A stretch of DNA of 51,404 bases from Gammaproteobacteria bacterium (GCA_018676275.1 JABHFC010000311.1:1-51404); one strand, 5' to 3'; shown: positions 9,789-20,573, numbered from the stretch's first letter. The notes: generated from the letters alone by a model not told the origin. Program-made: numbers and translations.

Positions 9789-12700
9789 ATGTTCTGGTTT
9801 CAACGGTTTTTATCTAACCATGTACTGGCGAACCTGACTTTTACCCTGGTTATCGTTCTCGGTGTACTTTCATATTTTCAAATGCCGAGAGCAAAAGATC
9901 CGGAAATTAATTTCAACTGGGTCAATGTTATTACTGTATTTCCCGGCGCATCTGCCATCGATATAGAACGCCGTATTACCGAGCCTTTGGAAGACTCGCT
10001 AAGGCGTACAGTCAAGGACATGAGATTTGTACTCAGTACCAGCAGAGACGGGATCTCTAATATTCTGGTTCGTTTTAATCAAATCGATGAAAGGGAATTT
10101 GATAAACGTGTGATTGATCTTCGCAGGGAAATACAAAACACCTACACCGATGAGTTGCCAACAGATGCAGATGATCCTGTCATTTATGAAATTGGTACCT
10201 CGAACGCATTTCCCAGTGCAATGATCGTCGTTAGTAGTGCTGGCGATGATGAGAATCTGCGTCGTCGGGCGCGTAATGTCAGGAAGGATATTGAACGTAT
10301 CAAGGGAGTGGATCGAGTTGATGCACTTGGCCTGTCTGATCCGGAACTGCACGTTTCATTCCTACCGGATCGTCTTGAGGGTCTTGGAATAACACCGGCG
10401 GATATTGCCGATACCATTCGTATTTATTTTCGTGATCAATCCGCTGGCGATCTGGATACCAGGGATGGCAAGTGGATAATTCGTGTTCAGGGAACCAGTT
10501 CCGATCCTTCTGTACTACGCGATGTTCCCGTGGTTACAGCCAAAGGTATAGTTACACTTGGCAGCATCGCTGAATTGTCCCGCACCAGAGAGGAGCCTTC
10601 GAAAATAGTCAGGTATAACGGTCAACCAGCAGTTACGCTGACCGTAACCAAGCAGGCCAAAGCTAATGTGCTGGAATTGGTGGATAGGATTAATGAGTAT
10701 ATTGGTGAAAGAAACCAGTACAAAAACACTACGGGTGCAGAAGTATTTTTGATCGATGATCAAACAATCAGTACCAGGGAAGCCCTGGATTTGATGCAAA
10801 CGAATGCATTCATTGGTCTGGTGCTGGTATTGCTGGTTACCTGGATATTTCTTGGAACCCGGATCGCATTACTAACCAGCATCGGTATTCCTTTCACATT
10901 GGCTGGAACATTTCTGATTGTCAGCACGATGGGTATTACTTTGAACAATACGGTGCTTCTTGGAGTTGTGATAGCACTGGGTATGCTGGTGGATGATGCG
11001 GTCGTTGTGGTGGAGTCGATCTATCAACGCCTTCAACATGGTCTTAGCAGTATGAATGCCGTGATCAAGTCATTGCAGGAAGTGTTCGCGCCTGTGACAA
11101 CCTCTGTGATGACAACAATTGCTGCCTTCCTGCCATTAATGCTACTTCCAGGCATTCTTGGTGATTTCATGAAAGTTATTCCTCTGGTTGTAACATTGGC
11201 ATTGCTGGTTAGCCTGGTGGAAGCCTACTGGATGTTGCCTTCACATATCCTCGCAGCAAAAGTAAATTTTACTAACCCGGACAGGATACAGATAAAACGT
11301 GAGGCGATGACCCATTGGGTACGTTTACGCTATACGCAAATATTACTAAAATCCTTACGGCATCCTATAGTTTCCATGATCGTGGTCTTTCTGGTGTTGA
11401 CCCTGGCAACGGGTACTATGCTTAGCGGACACATACGTTTCAATTTCTTTGAGTCAGATGCAATACGTTTATTTTATGTAAACGTAGAAATGCCACAGGG
11501 TACCAGTCTTGAAGAAACTAGTGAGATGCTTGAGAAAGTGGAAAAACGGGCACTGCAGGAAATTGAACCCGGGGAACTAAGAGCGTCCGTGTCCTTCGCC
11601 GGTCAACAATTTACCCAAACCGAACCCTTGTTTGGTGACACTATTGGTCAGGTAATGTTTAGTCTGAACCCCGAAACCAGGGGAAGTCGACATGTGTTTG
11701 ATGTTGCCGATGATATTGAAGCGGCAGTAAAGGATATACCGGGGCCGGTTGATTTATATATTCTTCGTATGGAAGATGGGCCACCGACGGAAAAAGCCAT
11801 TAGTGTCAAAATCAGGGGTGATGAGTACCCGATCATACTTGAAGCGGCAAATCACCTGCGCACTTTCCTTCGTTCAAACGATGCATACAATAATGTCTCT
11901 CTTGATTATCGTCCCGGTAATCCGGAACTGGTATTAAGGTTTGATGGTGAGGCCATCCAGCGCAGCGGACTTAGTCCGAACCAGGTAAGTAGAACACTAC
12001 AAGCTTATGTTGATGGAGAAATTGTTACTGACTTCCAGGATCAGGGCGAAGAGGTGAAAGTACGTGTCCTGTCCATAAAAGACGAAACTACAGGGATTGA
12101 AAATCTTTTAAGGCAATCTTTATCACTGGCAAATGGCCAGTCCATTGCCCTGAGTGAACTGCTTATAGCAGAGCCGGGTTTTGGCCAGCAAAATATCCGG
12201 CACTATAACTTTCGCCGTGCCATCACCCTGGAAAGTGATGTTGATAAGGAAAAAATGAATACTGTTGAGGCGAATAAATTGATCGAGGATGAATGGGCCA
12301 GAGTGCAATCACAGTACCCAAGTATCTCCCTCGATTTCTCCGGTGAGCTTGATGATATTCAGGAAAGTCTTGATGCAATTGGAATATTATTTCTGCTCGG
12401 CCTCGGGCTGATTTATATTATTCTGGGTACACAGTTCAGAAGTTATTTTCAGCCACTGATGATTATTTTCGGTACCGTACCTTTGGCATTTACCGGCGTG
12501 GTACTGGGTTTGCTGATTACGGGTAACCCTCTCAGTTTATACACAATGTATGGTGTCGTGGCATTGGCGGGTATCTCTGTAAATGCTGCCATTGTTTTAA
12601 TCTCTGCAGCAAATTCTCGACTGGAAAATGGGATGAGTTTATTACATGCAACGGTTTACGCAGCCAGACGCCGTGTAATTCCAATTTTAATTACTTCTCT

Positions 12701-12887
12701 TACCACCGTGGCAGGTCTGTTTTCACTGGCTGCAGGTCTGGCGGGACAATCTCTTATTTGGGGACCAGTGGCCACTGCAATTGTCTGGGGACTGGCCTTT
12801 TCCACAGTGCTCACCCTATTTGTGATTCCTTTTTTATACAGGACGTTTATGGCTTTTAGCCCACGTGTTAAGCTCGGGCAACATTAA
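9789..12887 (+). CDS. RND efflux permease (AcrB/AcrD/AcrF family)
   Basis: 1032 aa with the typical 12-TM, two-large-loop layout. It has the N-terminal FLSNHVLANLTFTLVIVLG helix and the VDDAVVVVESI TM4 motif with paired Asp. No outer-membrane factor or cognate regulator gene is adjacent. Confidence 0.9.
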   Translation: MFWFQRFLSNHVLANLTFTLVIVLGVLSYFQMPRAKDPEINFNWVNVITVFPGASAIDIERRITEPLEDSLRRTVKDMRFVLSTSRDGISNILVRFNQIDEREFDKRVIDLRREIQNTYTDELPTDADDPVIYEIGTSNAFPSAMIVVSSAGDDENLRRRARNVRKDIERIKGVDRVDALGLSDPELHVSFLPDRLEGLGITPADIADTIRIYFRDQSAGDLDTRDGKWIIRVQGTSSDPSVLRDVPVVTAKGIVTLGSIAELSRTREEPSKIVRYNGQPAVTLTVTKQAKANVLELVDRINEYIGERNQYKNTTGAEVFLIDDQTISTREALDLMQTNAFIGLVLVLLVTWIFLGTRIALLTSIGIPFTLAGTFLIVSTMGITLNNTVLLGVVIALGMLVDDAVVVVESIYQRLQHGLSSMNAVIKSLQEVFAPVTTSVMTTIAAFLPLMLLPGILGDFMKVIPLVVTLALLVSLVEAYWMLPSHILAAKVNFTNPDRIQIKREAMTHWVRLRYTQILLKSLRHPIVSMIVVFLVLTLATGTMLSGHIRFNFFESDAIRLFYVNVEMPQGTSLEETSEMLEKVEKRALQEIEPGELRASVSFAGQQFTQTEPLFGDTIGQVMFSLNPETRGSRHVFDVADDIEAAVKDIPGPVDLYILRMEDGPPTEKAISVKIRGDEYPIILEAANHLRTFLRSNDAYNNVSLDYRPGNPELVLRFDGEAIQRSGLSPNQVSRTLQAYVDGEIVTDFQDQGEEVKVRVLSIKDETTGIENLLRQSLSLANGQSIALSELLIAEPGFGQQNIRHYNFRRAITLESDVDKEKMNTVEANKLIEDEWARVQSQYPSISLDFSGELDDIQESLDAIGILFLLGLGLIYIILGTQFRSYFQPLMIIFGTVPLAFTGVVLGLLITGNPLSLYTMYGVVALAGISVNAAIVLISAANSRLENGMSLLHATVYAARRRVIPILITSLTTVAGLFSLAAGLAGQSLIWGPVATAIVWGLAFSTVLTLFVIPFLYRTFMAFSPRVKLGQH

Positions 12888-12904
12888 ACATTGAGCAATA
12901 AATT

Positions 12905-14452
12905 ATGAATGGCGCTGAATCTTTATTACGGACACTGGTGCACAGTGATGTGGATGTTTGTTTTATGAATCCGGGTACTTCCGAAATGCAGTTTGTTGCC
13001 GCGGCTGACAAGGAACCTGGAATGCGTTGTGTGCTGGGTCTATTTGAAGGTGTTGTTTCCGGTGCAGCTGATGGTTATGCACGTATGGCTGGGAAACCCG
13101 CAGCGACTTTATTACATCTGGGTCCCGGTTTAGCCAATGCCCTGGCAAACTTTCATAATGCACTACGTGCCAATACCCCGATTGTTAATATTGTTGGAGA
13201 CCATGCCACCTATCATAAAAAATATGATGCGCCACTGGCATCCGATGTTGCCGCCTATGCCTTACCTGTATCAGGTTGGATAAAAGAAGTAGAAGATGCA
13301 AAAGATGTTCCGACAATAACACAGGAAGCAGTGAAGGCCAGTTTGCAACCACCGGGGCAGGTTGCGACACTGATAGTGCCCGCAGACTGTGCCTGGTCAG
13401 AATCGAATGAAGCTGCAACAAGCAAAATTGAAAGACCTCGGGCTGCGCTAGTAGACGAGACTGCCGTTGAATCAGCCGCGATGGGATTACGTTCCGGTGA
13501 ACCTGCTGTGATATTGCTACGTGGTCGGGCGTTAAGTGCAGAAGGTCTGGAATGGGCCAGTCGAATAGCGAACAAAACAAAAGTTCGGGTGTTTTGTGAC
13601 ACCTTTACCTCGAGAATAGAACGCGGTGCCGGGCGGGCGACTGTGGAGAGACTGCCTTATTTCCCGGAATTGATAGTCGATACTTTAGCGGGCACAAAAC
13701 ATCTGATCATCGTCGGCTCCAAGCCACCGGTAGGTTTTTTTGCTTATCCGGATAAACCCAGCTGGCTAACTCCGGACGATTGTCAGATACATACGCTTGC
13801 TACACCTGAGCAAGATGGTATAGATGCGTTAAGCAGACTGGCAGAAGCTCTATCTGCGACTTCTACTGAAGTTAGCTATACAAGCCTGAACAAATTTGAG
13901 ATGCCACAAGGTCAATTGAGTCTTGAGACAATTGGCATGACCGTTGCGGCGCTATTGCCGGAAAATGTGATTGTTGCAGAAGAGGCTATAACTTCAGGGT
14001 TTCCACTTTTGCCGATGACGGCAAATTCGCCTCCCCATGACTGGTTAATGGTGCCTGGCGGTGCAATCGGTGGTGGCTTACCAATGGCGACCGGTGCTGC
14101 AGTTGCCTGTCCCGATCGTAAAGTTTTGAGCCTGCAGGCAGATGGCAGCGCTATGTATACGCTGCAGGCTTTGTGGACTCAGGCAAGGGAAGGCTTAAAT
14201 GTTACAACGGTTATCTATGCTAACCGAGAATATAAAATACTGAATATCGAGTTTGACAGAGTTGGTGCGGGAGAGCAGGGCAAGGTCGCGCATGATATGT
14301 TTTCGCTTGATCAACCTGCTTTGGATTGGGTGAAACTGGCAGGTGGTATGGGTGTTCCAGCAAAACGGATTACAAGCCTGGAAGATTTTGGCAAGACATT
14401 AGCAGCATATTTAAAGGAACCCGGACCGAACCTGATAGAACTGGTTTTATAA
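12905..14452 (+). CDS. Thiamine-diphosphate enzyme, acetolactate-synthase large-subunit-like
   Basis: 515 aa. The N-terminal ThDP Pyr domain reads GAESLLRTLVHSDVDVCFMNPGTSEM...GYARMAGKPAATLLHLGPGLANA. The C-terminal PP-domain motif reads LQADGSAMYTLQALWT...YANREY. It starts 17 nt after the RND permease stop. Confidence 0.75.
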   Translation: MNGAESLLRTLVHSDVDVCFMNPGTSEMQFVAAADKEPGMRCVLGLFEGVVSGAADGYARMAGKPAATLLHLGPGLANALANFHNALRANTPIVNIVGDHATYHKKYDAPLASDVAAYALPVSGWIKEVEDAKDVPTITQEAVKASLQPPGQVATLIVPADCAWSESNEAATSKIERPRAALVDETAVESAAMGLRSGEPAVILLRGRALSAEGLEWASRIANKTKVRVFCDTFTSRIERGAGRATVERLPYFPELIVDTLAGTKHLIIVGSKPPVGFFAYPDKPSWLTPDDCQIHTLATPEQDGIDALSRLAEALSATSTEVSYTSLNKFEMPQGQLSLETIGMTVAALLPENVIVAEEAITSGFPLLPMTANSPPHDWLMVPGGAIGGGLPMATGAAVACPDRKVLSLQADGSAMYTLQALWTQAREGLNVTTVIYANREYKILNIEFDRVGAGEQGKVAHDMFSLDQPALDWVKLAGGMGVPAKRITSLEDFGKTLAAYLKEPGPNLIELVL

Positions 14453-15361
14453 AGCCCCGGTATTCGTTTCTTTTGCCATTTCCAGTTCCGGTATTTTTTT
14501 GCCGTGGCTGACAACGTAAATTCCACTGGCAATAATTATTATAATGCCCACCCATGTAATCGGTGTTGGTACTTCTCCAAATATTAGATATCCAATCGAT
14601 ATCATCCACAGCATCCGGGCGTAATCAATAGGGCTGACTACAGCTGGCATTGCATATCTTAAAGACTGTACAAAACAACCAAGAGCGACGGTGGCAGTCG
14701 TGCCCAACAGCACAAACAAAAACCAGTCGAAAGCAACAGGTGTTACCCAGTTATCAATAGCCCAGTAAGCTGATATGAGAATATTTGCCGGGTAGATATA
14801 AAAATTAAGCGCAGTGGCCGTTTCCGTAGTTGCCAGGATTCTGGCAGTAATTGCCAGGGCGGCGATCGATATTGCAACCGCAAGAGCAGCAAGATGTCCC
14901 GGATGGAAATGATCCGGCGTAGGTCGCAATACGATTAATATTCCGATAAAACCAACGCATATTGCAATCCACGAATGTAGTGACACTTTTTCCTGAAGAA
15001 CCAGAGGAGACAGCAGAGCTATGATAAAAGGTGCTGCGAAGGTCAAAGACACATATTCTGCAATTGGGATATATTTCAGTGAGTAGAAAATAATTATAAT
15101 TGTGCCTGAACTCATCAAGCTACGAAACAGGTGCCAGCCGGGTTTTTTTGTTTTTAATTGTTGCAGGCGACCTGTGAATAAAGCAAACAGACCGATGAGA
15201 GACAATCCCATAACACTCCTGAGCCAGGCGATTTGCATAACAGGGTAATCAGTAGTCAACCATTTCCCGGTAGAGTCACCGATGGAAAAAAACACCGTAC
15301 CTGCCAGCATATAAGCGATCCCCAGTAAGGGGTTTTGTTTCAAGTGAGTGCCGTTAGACAT
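14447..15361 (-). CDS. DMT-superfamily (EamA-type) transporter
   Basis: 304 aa with about 10 hydrophobic helices in two halves, an EamA-like pattern. ATG start. The stop overlaps the convergent ThDP-enzyme stop within TTATAA (14447-14452). Confidence 0.75.
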   Translation of the reverse strand: MSNGTHLKQNPLLGIAYMLAGTVFFSIGDSTGKWLTTDYPVMQIAWLRSVMGLSLIGLFALFTGRLQQLKTKKPGWHLFRSLMSSGTIIIIFYSLKYIPIAEYVSLTFAAPFIIALLSPLVLQEKVSLHSWIAICVGFIGILIVLRPTPDHFHPGHLAALAVAISIAALAITARILATTETATALNFYIYPANILISAYWAIDNWVTPVAFDWFLFVLLGTTATVALGCFVQSLRYAMPAVVSPIDYARMLWMISIGYLIFGEVPTPITWVGIIIIIASGIYVVSHGKKIPELEMAKETNTGAL

Positions 15362-15400
15362 AAATATATTGTTTCAACTCAGGGAAAATATTTAGCTTCA

Positions 15401-15437
15401 ATAAAAACAATAAACCCCCGAGTAAGTCAGGGGTTTA
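15401..15437 (-). terminator. Putative Rho-independent terminator of etfBA
   Basis: On the minus strand, the stem TAAACCCC / GGGGTTTA (15411-15418 pairs with 15430-15437) has an 11-nt loop and is followed by TTGTTTTTAT (15401-15410). A second short hairpin, AGCGGAA-ataa-TTCCGCT, lies just 3' of the etfA stop. Confidence 0.6.
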
Positions 15438-15492
15438 TGTTGTATTTGTGACGACTACTGTGCAGCGGAAATAATTCCGCTTAGTATTGTGC

Positions 15493-16434
15493 TCAGGACA
15501 AATTATCTAAAGCTGTCGACAATTCTGGAAGCACCTGGAAAAGATCTGCGACAAGGCCATAATCTGCAACCTCGAAAATAGGCGCTTCTTCGTCCTTGTT
15601 TACAGCAACGATAACCTTGCTGTCTTTCATACCCGCCAGATGTTGTATCGCGCCGGAGATACCTACTGCAATATACAAGTCCGGTGCAACAATTTTGCCG
15701 GTTTGGCCTACCTGGTAATCATTAGGTGCGTAGCCGGCATCAACAGCAGCACGTGATGCACCAATAGCCGCACCCAGCTTATCAGCCACTTCATTTAATA
15801 ATGCAAAATTCTCTTCACTGCCAAAACCACGACCACCGGAAATGATGATGCCGGCACTGGTTAACTCCGGTCGTTCCGATTTGGTTAACTCCTGTCTGAC
15901 AAATGCAGATAATCCGGTGGCAGGACTCGCAGCTACAGACTCAACAGTTGCGGAACCGCCATCTGTCGCAGCAGCATCAAAAGCCGTTGTGCGAATCGTC
16001 ATCACTTTAATATTGTCACTACTTTGTACAGTAGCCATTGCATTGCCAGCGTAGATCGGGCGCACAAAAGTATCAGCCGATTCGACTTTGGAAATGTCCG
16101 TTATGGCGGCTACATCAAGAAGTGCAGCAATGCGTGGAATTATATTTTTACCAAATGTAGAAGCAGGTGCAAGTATATGACTCGCGTCTGCGGCTATGGA
16201 CACTACCAAAGGTGCAAAAGCTTCAGCGAGTACATGCTCATACTGAGCATCATCTACATGGGCTACCTTGTTGACACCGGCAATACTGGCAGCGGCTTCT
16301 GCTGCGGCGCCACTGTTATGGCCGGCAACAAGAACAACTATCTCATCACCCAGCTGGCTGGCTGCGGTAACGGTATTAAGCGTAGCTGACTTGATGACAT
16401 TATTATCATGTTCTGCAATAACGAGAATACTCAT
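15493..16434 (-). CDS. etfA: Electron transfer flavoprotein, alpha subunit
   Basis: 313 aa. [12 protein letters not shown]..., and a C-terminal FAD-binding region [10 protein letters not shown]...[38 protein letters not shown]. Confidence 0.9.
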   Translation of the reverse strand: MSILVIAEHDNNVIKSATLNTVTAASQLGDEIVVLVAGHNSGAAAEAAASIAGVNKVAHVDDAQYEHVLAEAFAPLVVSIAADASHILAPASTFGKNIIPRIAALLDVAAITDISKVESADTFVRPIYAGNAMATVQSSDNIKVMTIRTTAFDAAATDGGSATVESVAASPATGLSAFVRQELTKSERPELTSAGIIISGGRGFGSEENFALLNEVADKLGAAIGASRAAVDAGYAPNDYQVGQTGKIVAPDLYIAVGISGAIQHLAGMKDSKVIVAVNKDEEAPIFEVADYGLVADLFQVLPELSTALDNLS

Positions 16435-16435
16435 A

Positions 16436-17185
16436 TCAAATCACCTTTGCTTCGTTGTGGAGTTTGTCGACAAGCTCAGCTACATCGGCAACTTTGATAC
16501 CGGCGCTTCGCTGTGGTGGTTCTTCGACTTTCAATATTGTTAATGTCGGGGTGACATCCACTCCAAGTTCATCTGTGCTCAGCACATCGAGTGGTTTTTT
16601 CTTTGCCTTCATAATGTTCGGCAGTTTTACGTAACGTGGTTCATTCAGGCGCAAATCAGTAGTCACGATAGCAGGCAATTTAAGAGAAATTGTTTCCAGA
16701 CCACCATCAATCTCACGGGTGACCTCAATGTTTCCATCCTTGATATCCACCGCAGAAGCAAATGTTGCTTGTCCCCAGCCCAGTAGTGCAGAGAGCATTT
16801 GCCCGGTCTGGTTGTTGTCATAGTCAATCGCCTGTTTACCGAGAATGACCAGCTCCGGTGATTCTTTTTCAACCACGCCTTTCAGCAGTTTTGCTATCGC
16901 CAGCGGTTGTACTTCAACATCTGTTTCAACAAGAATAGCGCGATCAGCACCCATCGCCAGCGCGGTGCGTAGAGTTTCCTGGCATTGACTAGCGCCCACT
17001 GTTACAGCAATAACTTCTTCCGCATTGCCCGCCTCTTTAATACGTAAGGCTTCTTCGACAGCGATTTCGCAAAATGGATTCATCGCCATTTTTACATTAG
17101 CGGTTTCAACGCCGGAATTATCCGACTTCACCCGCACTCTGATATTGGCATCGATTACACGTTTGATGGGTACGAGAATTTTCAT
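16436..17185 (-). CDS. etfB: Electron transfer flavoprotein, beta subunit
   Basis: 249 aa. [20 protein letters not shown]...[17 protein letters not shown]...[21 protein letters not shown]-like. There is a 1-nt gap to etfA. Confidence 0.9.
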   Translation of the reverse strand: MKILVPIKRVIDANIRVRVKSDNSGVETANVKMAMNPFCEIAVEEALRIKEAGNAEEVIAVTVGASQCQETLRTALAMGADRAILVETDVEVQPLAIAKLLKGVVEKESPELVILGKQAIDYDNNQTGQMLSALLGWGQATFASAVDIKDGNIEVTREIDGGLETISLKLPAIVTTDLRLNEPRYVKLPNIMKAKKKPLDVLSTDELGVDVTPTLTILKVEEPPQRSAGIKVADVAELVDKLHNEAKVI

Positions 17186-17272
17186 GATTACAAAATACCT
17201 TCGTATATATATTGTTGTTAAGTGTTTGACTTGTCCGAGACTCTAGCAAGAACCGGTCAAAACAGGATTATG

Positions 17273-17283
17273 TTGCGCCGCAA
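17273..17283. promoter_or_regulatory. TTGCGCCGCAA palindrome (within TGTTGCGCCGCAACA), candidate operator upstream of etfBA
   Basis: A perfect 15-nt palindrome at 17271-17285, about 90 nt upstream of the etfB ATG (17185, minus strand). The same TTGC-N3-GCAA core occurs at 47431, 47458 and 50928. Confidence 0.45.
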
Positions 17284-17376
17284 CAGTATCATATATGCAT
17301 ACGCCATTCAAACCTGCTGACGGGCTTAAGAGGCATGTAACTGGTCATTACGGACAGGTTTTGTGTCATCAGACAA

Positions 17377-18810
17377 CTATTGGCGATAGGTCCATTCAAC
17401 CAGAGCATTCATCAGTTCTTCGCCCGGACCACGATGGGCATCCTGATGGTTAAGCATACCAACGATTACAAAGCGTTTACCTGAGATTGCATCGACGAAG
17501 CCGGCAATAGCTGAGACGTGATCAATTGTGCCTGTCTTTATATGGGCATGTCCTGACTTTATGCGTCTGCGCAGACGGTTTTTAGCTGTGCCATCCATAC
17601 CCATAATTGATAGTGAAGAAACGAACTCGGGCATGAAGGGGATGGAATCGGCATGTAGTAAGGTATCAGCCATCAAATGTGCTGACACTCGTACATCTCT
17701 CGATAGACCTGCGCCATTGACCAGATTCAATGAAGCCGTATCTATGCCGTGTCCCTGTAAATAATCATTAATAAATATCCTGCCGTTTTCTACCGTGGCA
17801 GGAATATTTTTGCTTTGCGCTGCAAGTGTTAATAGTAATTGTCGAGTCATGACATTATTACTGAATTTATTAACCAGGCGTATTAGTTCTCCAAGAGGGC
17901 GTGATTGCCAGCTAATCACAGGTTTCCGATCAATGGGAGCGAGACCTTTCCTGACTGTGCCTGAAATACTACCCCCCAATTGTTGCCAGAGACTAAGGAA
18001 TACACCAAAGGTATAAGTATGTTGGGTGAGAACCGTGCGTGACATGACATAGTGGCCACAGTGCCTGGAATAACGACCGTCGAAAGACACGCGATCTTTC
18101 TTTTGGCCCTGAAGAATATTTATTGCGATCCCTCTCTGAAAACCACCACAGCGTGCATTACTGAGCTTTAAGTTATTTTGTATGCGCAAATTGGGTAATT
18201 CCGGGTCAGACTTCACAACCACAGATTTACCATTATCAGCGGGATAAAAATGAAAATAGGCTGCCTTGAAATTAACCAGTAAAGCATTTGGGAGCACGTT
18301 ATATGCACGGTCCGGTTTATTATCAAACTCACCCGGGTCTGTATTAGCAACAGCAAAATAACTGTCATCAATAATCAGATCCCCCTTTATTTGACTTATT
18401 CCCTGGCGCTGGATTTCCTGCAAAAGTTTCCAGAAGTTCTCGGTTACCATGTAGGGGTCACCATAACCCTTGATCAATAGGTCACCGTGAAGTGTACCGT
18501 TCTTAACTTTACCCAGAGTATAAATTTCAGTTGGCCATATATAGGCTGGTCCCAGTTCTTCCAGTGCGGCGAGTGTTGTAATGATCTTTATGGCCGAAGC
18601 CGGGTTTAAGGGTTTATCTGCATTTATAGACAAAAGCGGATCTGTACTACCAACTTCCTGAACCAGGATACTGTAATTAGAATCAGGTAATTGATGTCCG
18701 TCAGTAATAATTTCCAGACTTCGCGGTAGCGGAGTTGCAAGAACAGCGTGCTGAAAAAATAAAAACAGCAGTGACTGATAGAATAACCTCAGACTTCTCT
18801 TTTTCATCAT
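17377..18810 (-). CDS. dacB: D-alanyl-D-alanine carboxypeptidase/endopeptidase (PBP4 family)
   Basis: 477 aa with a signal peptide. It has SAIK (SxxK), FSNN (SxN) and IKTGT (KTG) motifs at PBP4-like spacing, and the GDLLIKGYGDP signature. Confidence 0.85.
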   Translation of the reverse strand: MMKKRSLRLFYQSLLFLFFQHAVLATPLPRSLEIITDGHQLPDSNYSILVQEVGSTDPLLSINADKPLNPASAIKIITTLAALEELGPAYIWPTEIYTLGKVKNGTLHGDLLIKGYGDPYMVTENFWKLLQEIQRQGISQIKGDLIIDDSYFAVANTDPGEFDNKPDRAYNVLPNALLVNFKAAYFHFYPADNGKSVVVKSDPELPNLRIQNNLKLSNARCGGFQRGIAINILQGQKKDRVSFDGRYSRHCGHYVMSRTVLTQHTYTFGVFLSLWQQLGGSISGTVRKGLAPIDRKPVISWQSRPLGELIRLVNKFSNNVMTRQLLLTLAAQSKNIPATVENGRIFINDYLQGHGIDTASLNLVNGAGLSRDVRVSAHLMADTLLHADSIPFMPEFVSSLSIMGMDGTAKNRLRRRIKSGHAHIKTGTIDHVSAIAGFVDAISGKRFVIVGMLNHQDAHRGPGEELMNALVEWTYRQ

Positions 18811-19065
18811 TTATCTAATTATTAAGCCCAGTAAAATACAAGCGGAACCAAAAAACCTGAGAATGCACCCAGGATTCATCTAATTTATGGTTGAGATAAT
18901 ACTATAACAAAAGTTATCTGCATCAGTGTTTGTAGATCGCTTCACCTGTTAGCTTGTTCAGGCAACTGTACTAAGAGAAAACTCATATTTATTTGTCGAG
19001 CTTGGGAAAATATAGATGTAGAATGGCGTTCCCCCAACCAGAACGAAATTTTGAAAGGAAAAATA

Positions 19066-19533
19066 ATGCATACTGACCTGGAATATGATGATCCTGTCGC
19101 CAAAGAAATTATTGATTTACATGTTTTTTTCGAAGACTGGTTTAGAGGGGACTGTAAAAACACTGATAATGTTTTTAAGAAACGACTCATGTCACGTATA
19201 GATCTTGATTTTTACATGGTCATGCCGAATGGAGAAAGTTTTTATGGAGAGCAGTTCTGGCCCGAGATGCGAAAGGCACACGGGTCTAATCCGAAATTTC
19301 AAATCAGCTTGCGTAACTTTGCCCGCAAACTTCAAATCGGCAGAAAAACATTTGTGGCTAATTATGAAGAATGGCAAAAAGATGCTCTCAATACCAAGCC
19401 TGCCAACAATGGCAGGGTTTCAACAGCAGTATTTGTTACAGATAGTAGCGCACCCAATGGTGTTAAATGGGTGCATATTCACGAAACCTGGTTACCCGCA
19501 AAGTTGGTAAAGTCAGAACCTTTTGACTGGTAG
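19066..19533 (+). CDS. Hypothetical protein, possibly NTF2/SnoaL-like (DUF4440-type) fold
   Basis: 155 aa from the ATG at 19066, with an AAGGA ribosome-binding site 6 nt upstream. The track's longer version starts at a TTG (19051). No motif is diagnostic; the fold guess is weak. Confidence 0.55.
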   Translation: MHTDLEYDDPVAKEIIDLHVFFEDWFRGDCKNTDNVFKKRLMSRIDLDFYMVMPNGESFYGEQFWPEMRKAHGSNPKFQISLRNFARKLQIGRKTFVANYEEWQKDALNTKPANNGRVSTAVFVTDSSAPNGVKWVHIHETWLPAKLVKSEPFDW

Positions 19534-19547
19534 TTTTGCGCAGAGGG

Positions 19548-20573
19548 TTACAGACTGGAACGGATATCATTAATAAAATCAGTGATATCCTGCTCATTTG
19601 TGTTCCATGAACACATCAGGCGGGCACCGCCTTTGGCTATAAAATTGTAATAGCGCCAGCCTTTGTCTTTCAGAGATTTATGCACATGATCGGGAAAGTG
19701 GGCGAATACACCATTTGCTTCAACTGGAGCTACTAATTTGATTTCTGAAAATTGACTTAATTGTTCAGCCAGACTTTGGGCACAATTATTCGCGTGGCGT
19801 GCATGTTTCAGGTAAGTCTTATTTTCCAGCATGCCGACCCAGGGGGCAGACAGAAAACGCATTTTCGACGCAAGTTGCCCGGCCTGCTTACAACGATATT
19901 CAAATTCATAGGCGAGTTCCTTGTTAAAAAATACAACAGCATCACCGACGGGCATTCCGAGTTTTGTACCGCCAAGGCAGAGTACATCTACTCCACATTG
20001 CCAGCTGATTTCTTTGGCAGTTACATCCAGTGAAGCAAGCGCATTAAAAAACCGTGCCCCATCCATATGTAAACGTAAGGATAAGCTTTTCGCCAGTTCG
20101 CCGATGGCTTCGAGATCATCTGTAGTATAAACGGTACCCATTTCTGTTGGTTGAGTAACAGAAATTACTTTCGATTTTGGAAAATGTACGTCGCTTCGTC
20201 GTTGCGCTATATCTTTAACCGCATTCAGATCAATTTTTCCGTTGTCACCACCAGCGAGTAATACCTTTGTGCCATTTGAATAAAATTCTGGTGCGCCACA
20301 TTCGTCCGTTTCGATATGAGCCATTTCATGACAAATAATACTATGATATGACTGGCACATGGACGCCAGTGCCAGCGAATTGGCTGCTGTTCCATTGAAA
20401 GTAAAAAATACTTCGCAATCAGTTTCAAATAATTCACGTATTAAGTCGGATGCCTTCGCAGTCCAGCTATCCTCGCCGTAGCCGGGTTCGTAGCCACTGT
20501 TTGCTGACGCCATGGCAGCCCAGGCTTCTGGAGCAACACTCGCAGTATTATCACTGGCAAAGTTATATTTCAT
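19548..20573 (-). CDS. ltaE: Low-specificity L-threonine aldolase (PLP, beta-eliminating lyase fold)
   Basis: Translation from MKYNFASDNTASVAPEAW...FTFNGTAANSLALA...CLGGTKLGMP (PLP Lys). The ATG at 20573 overlaps the end of the upstream GDH gene by 11 nt. The track's extra 31 N-terminal residues lie inside that gene. Confidence 0.8.
   Translation of the reverse strand: MKYNFASDNTASVAPEAWAAMASANSGYEPGYGEDSWTAKASDLIRELFETDCEVFFTFNGTAANSLALASMCQSYHSIICHEMAHIETDECGAPEFYSNGTKVLLAGGDNGKIDLNAVKDIAQRRSDVHFPKSKVISVTQPTEMGTVYTTDDLEAIGELAKSLSLRLHMDGARFFNALASLDVTAKEISWQCGVDVLCLGGTKLGMPVGDAVVFFNKELAYEFEYRCKQAGQLASKMRFLSAPWVGMLENKTYLKHARHANNCAQSLAEQLSQFSEIKLVAPVEANGVFAHFPDHVHKSLKDKGWRYYNFIAKGGARLMCSWNTNEQDITDFINDIRSSL

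Noticed and set aside
13185-13602. Long antisense or off-frame ORFs from the track. Examples: 13185-13580 and 13255-13602 (minus), 9999-10352, 16024-16389, 21767-22102, 22206-22676, 35984-36352, 43429-43797, 45255-45650, 49964-50314.
   Set aside because: Each lies entirely inside, or opposite, a CDS with strong family-level sequence support. Their translations are low-complexity or compositionally odd, and none has a ribosome-binding site or recognisable motif. I treat them as shadow ORFs.
14447-14452. The convergent ThDP-enzyme and DMT-transporter genes overlap by 6 nt, with both stop codons inside the palindrome TTATAA.
   Set aside because: This is a neat coincidence. Short convergent overlaps are common in compact genomes, and I see no regulatory structure there.
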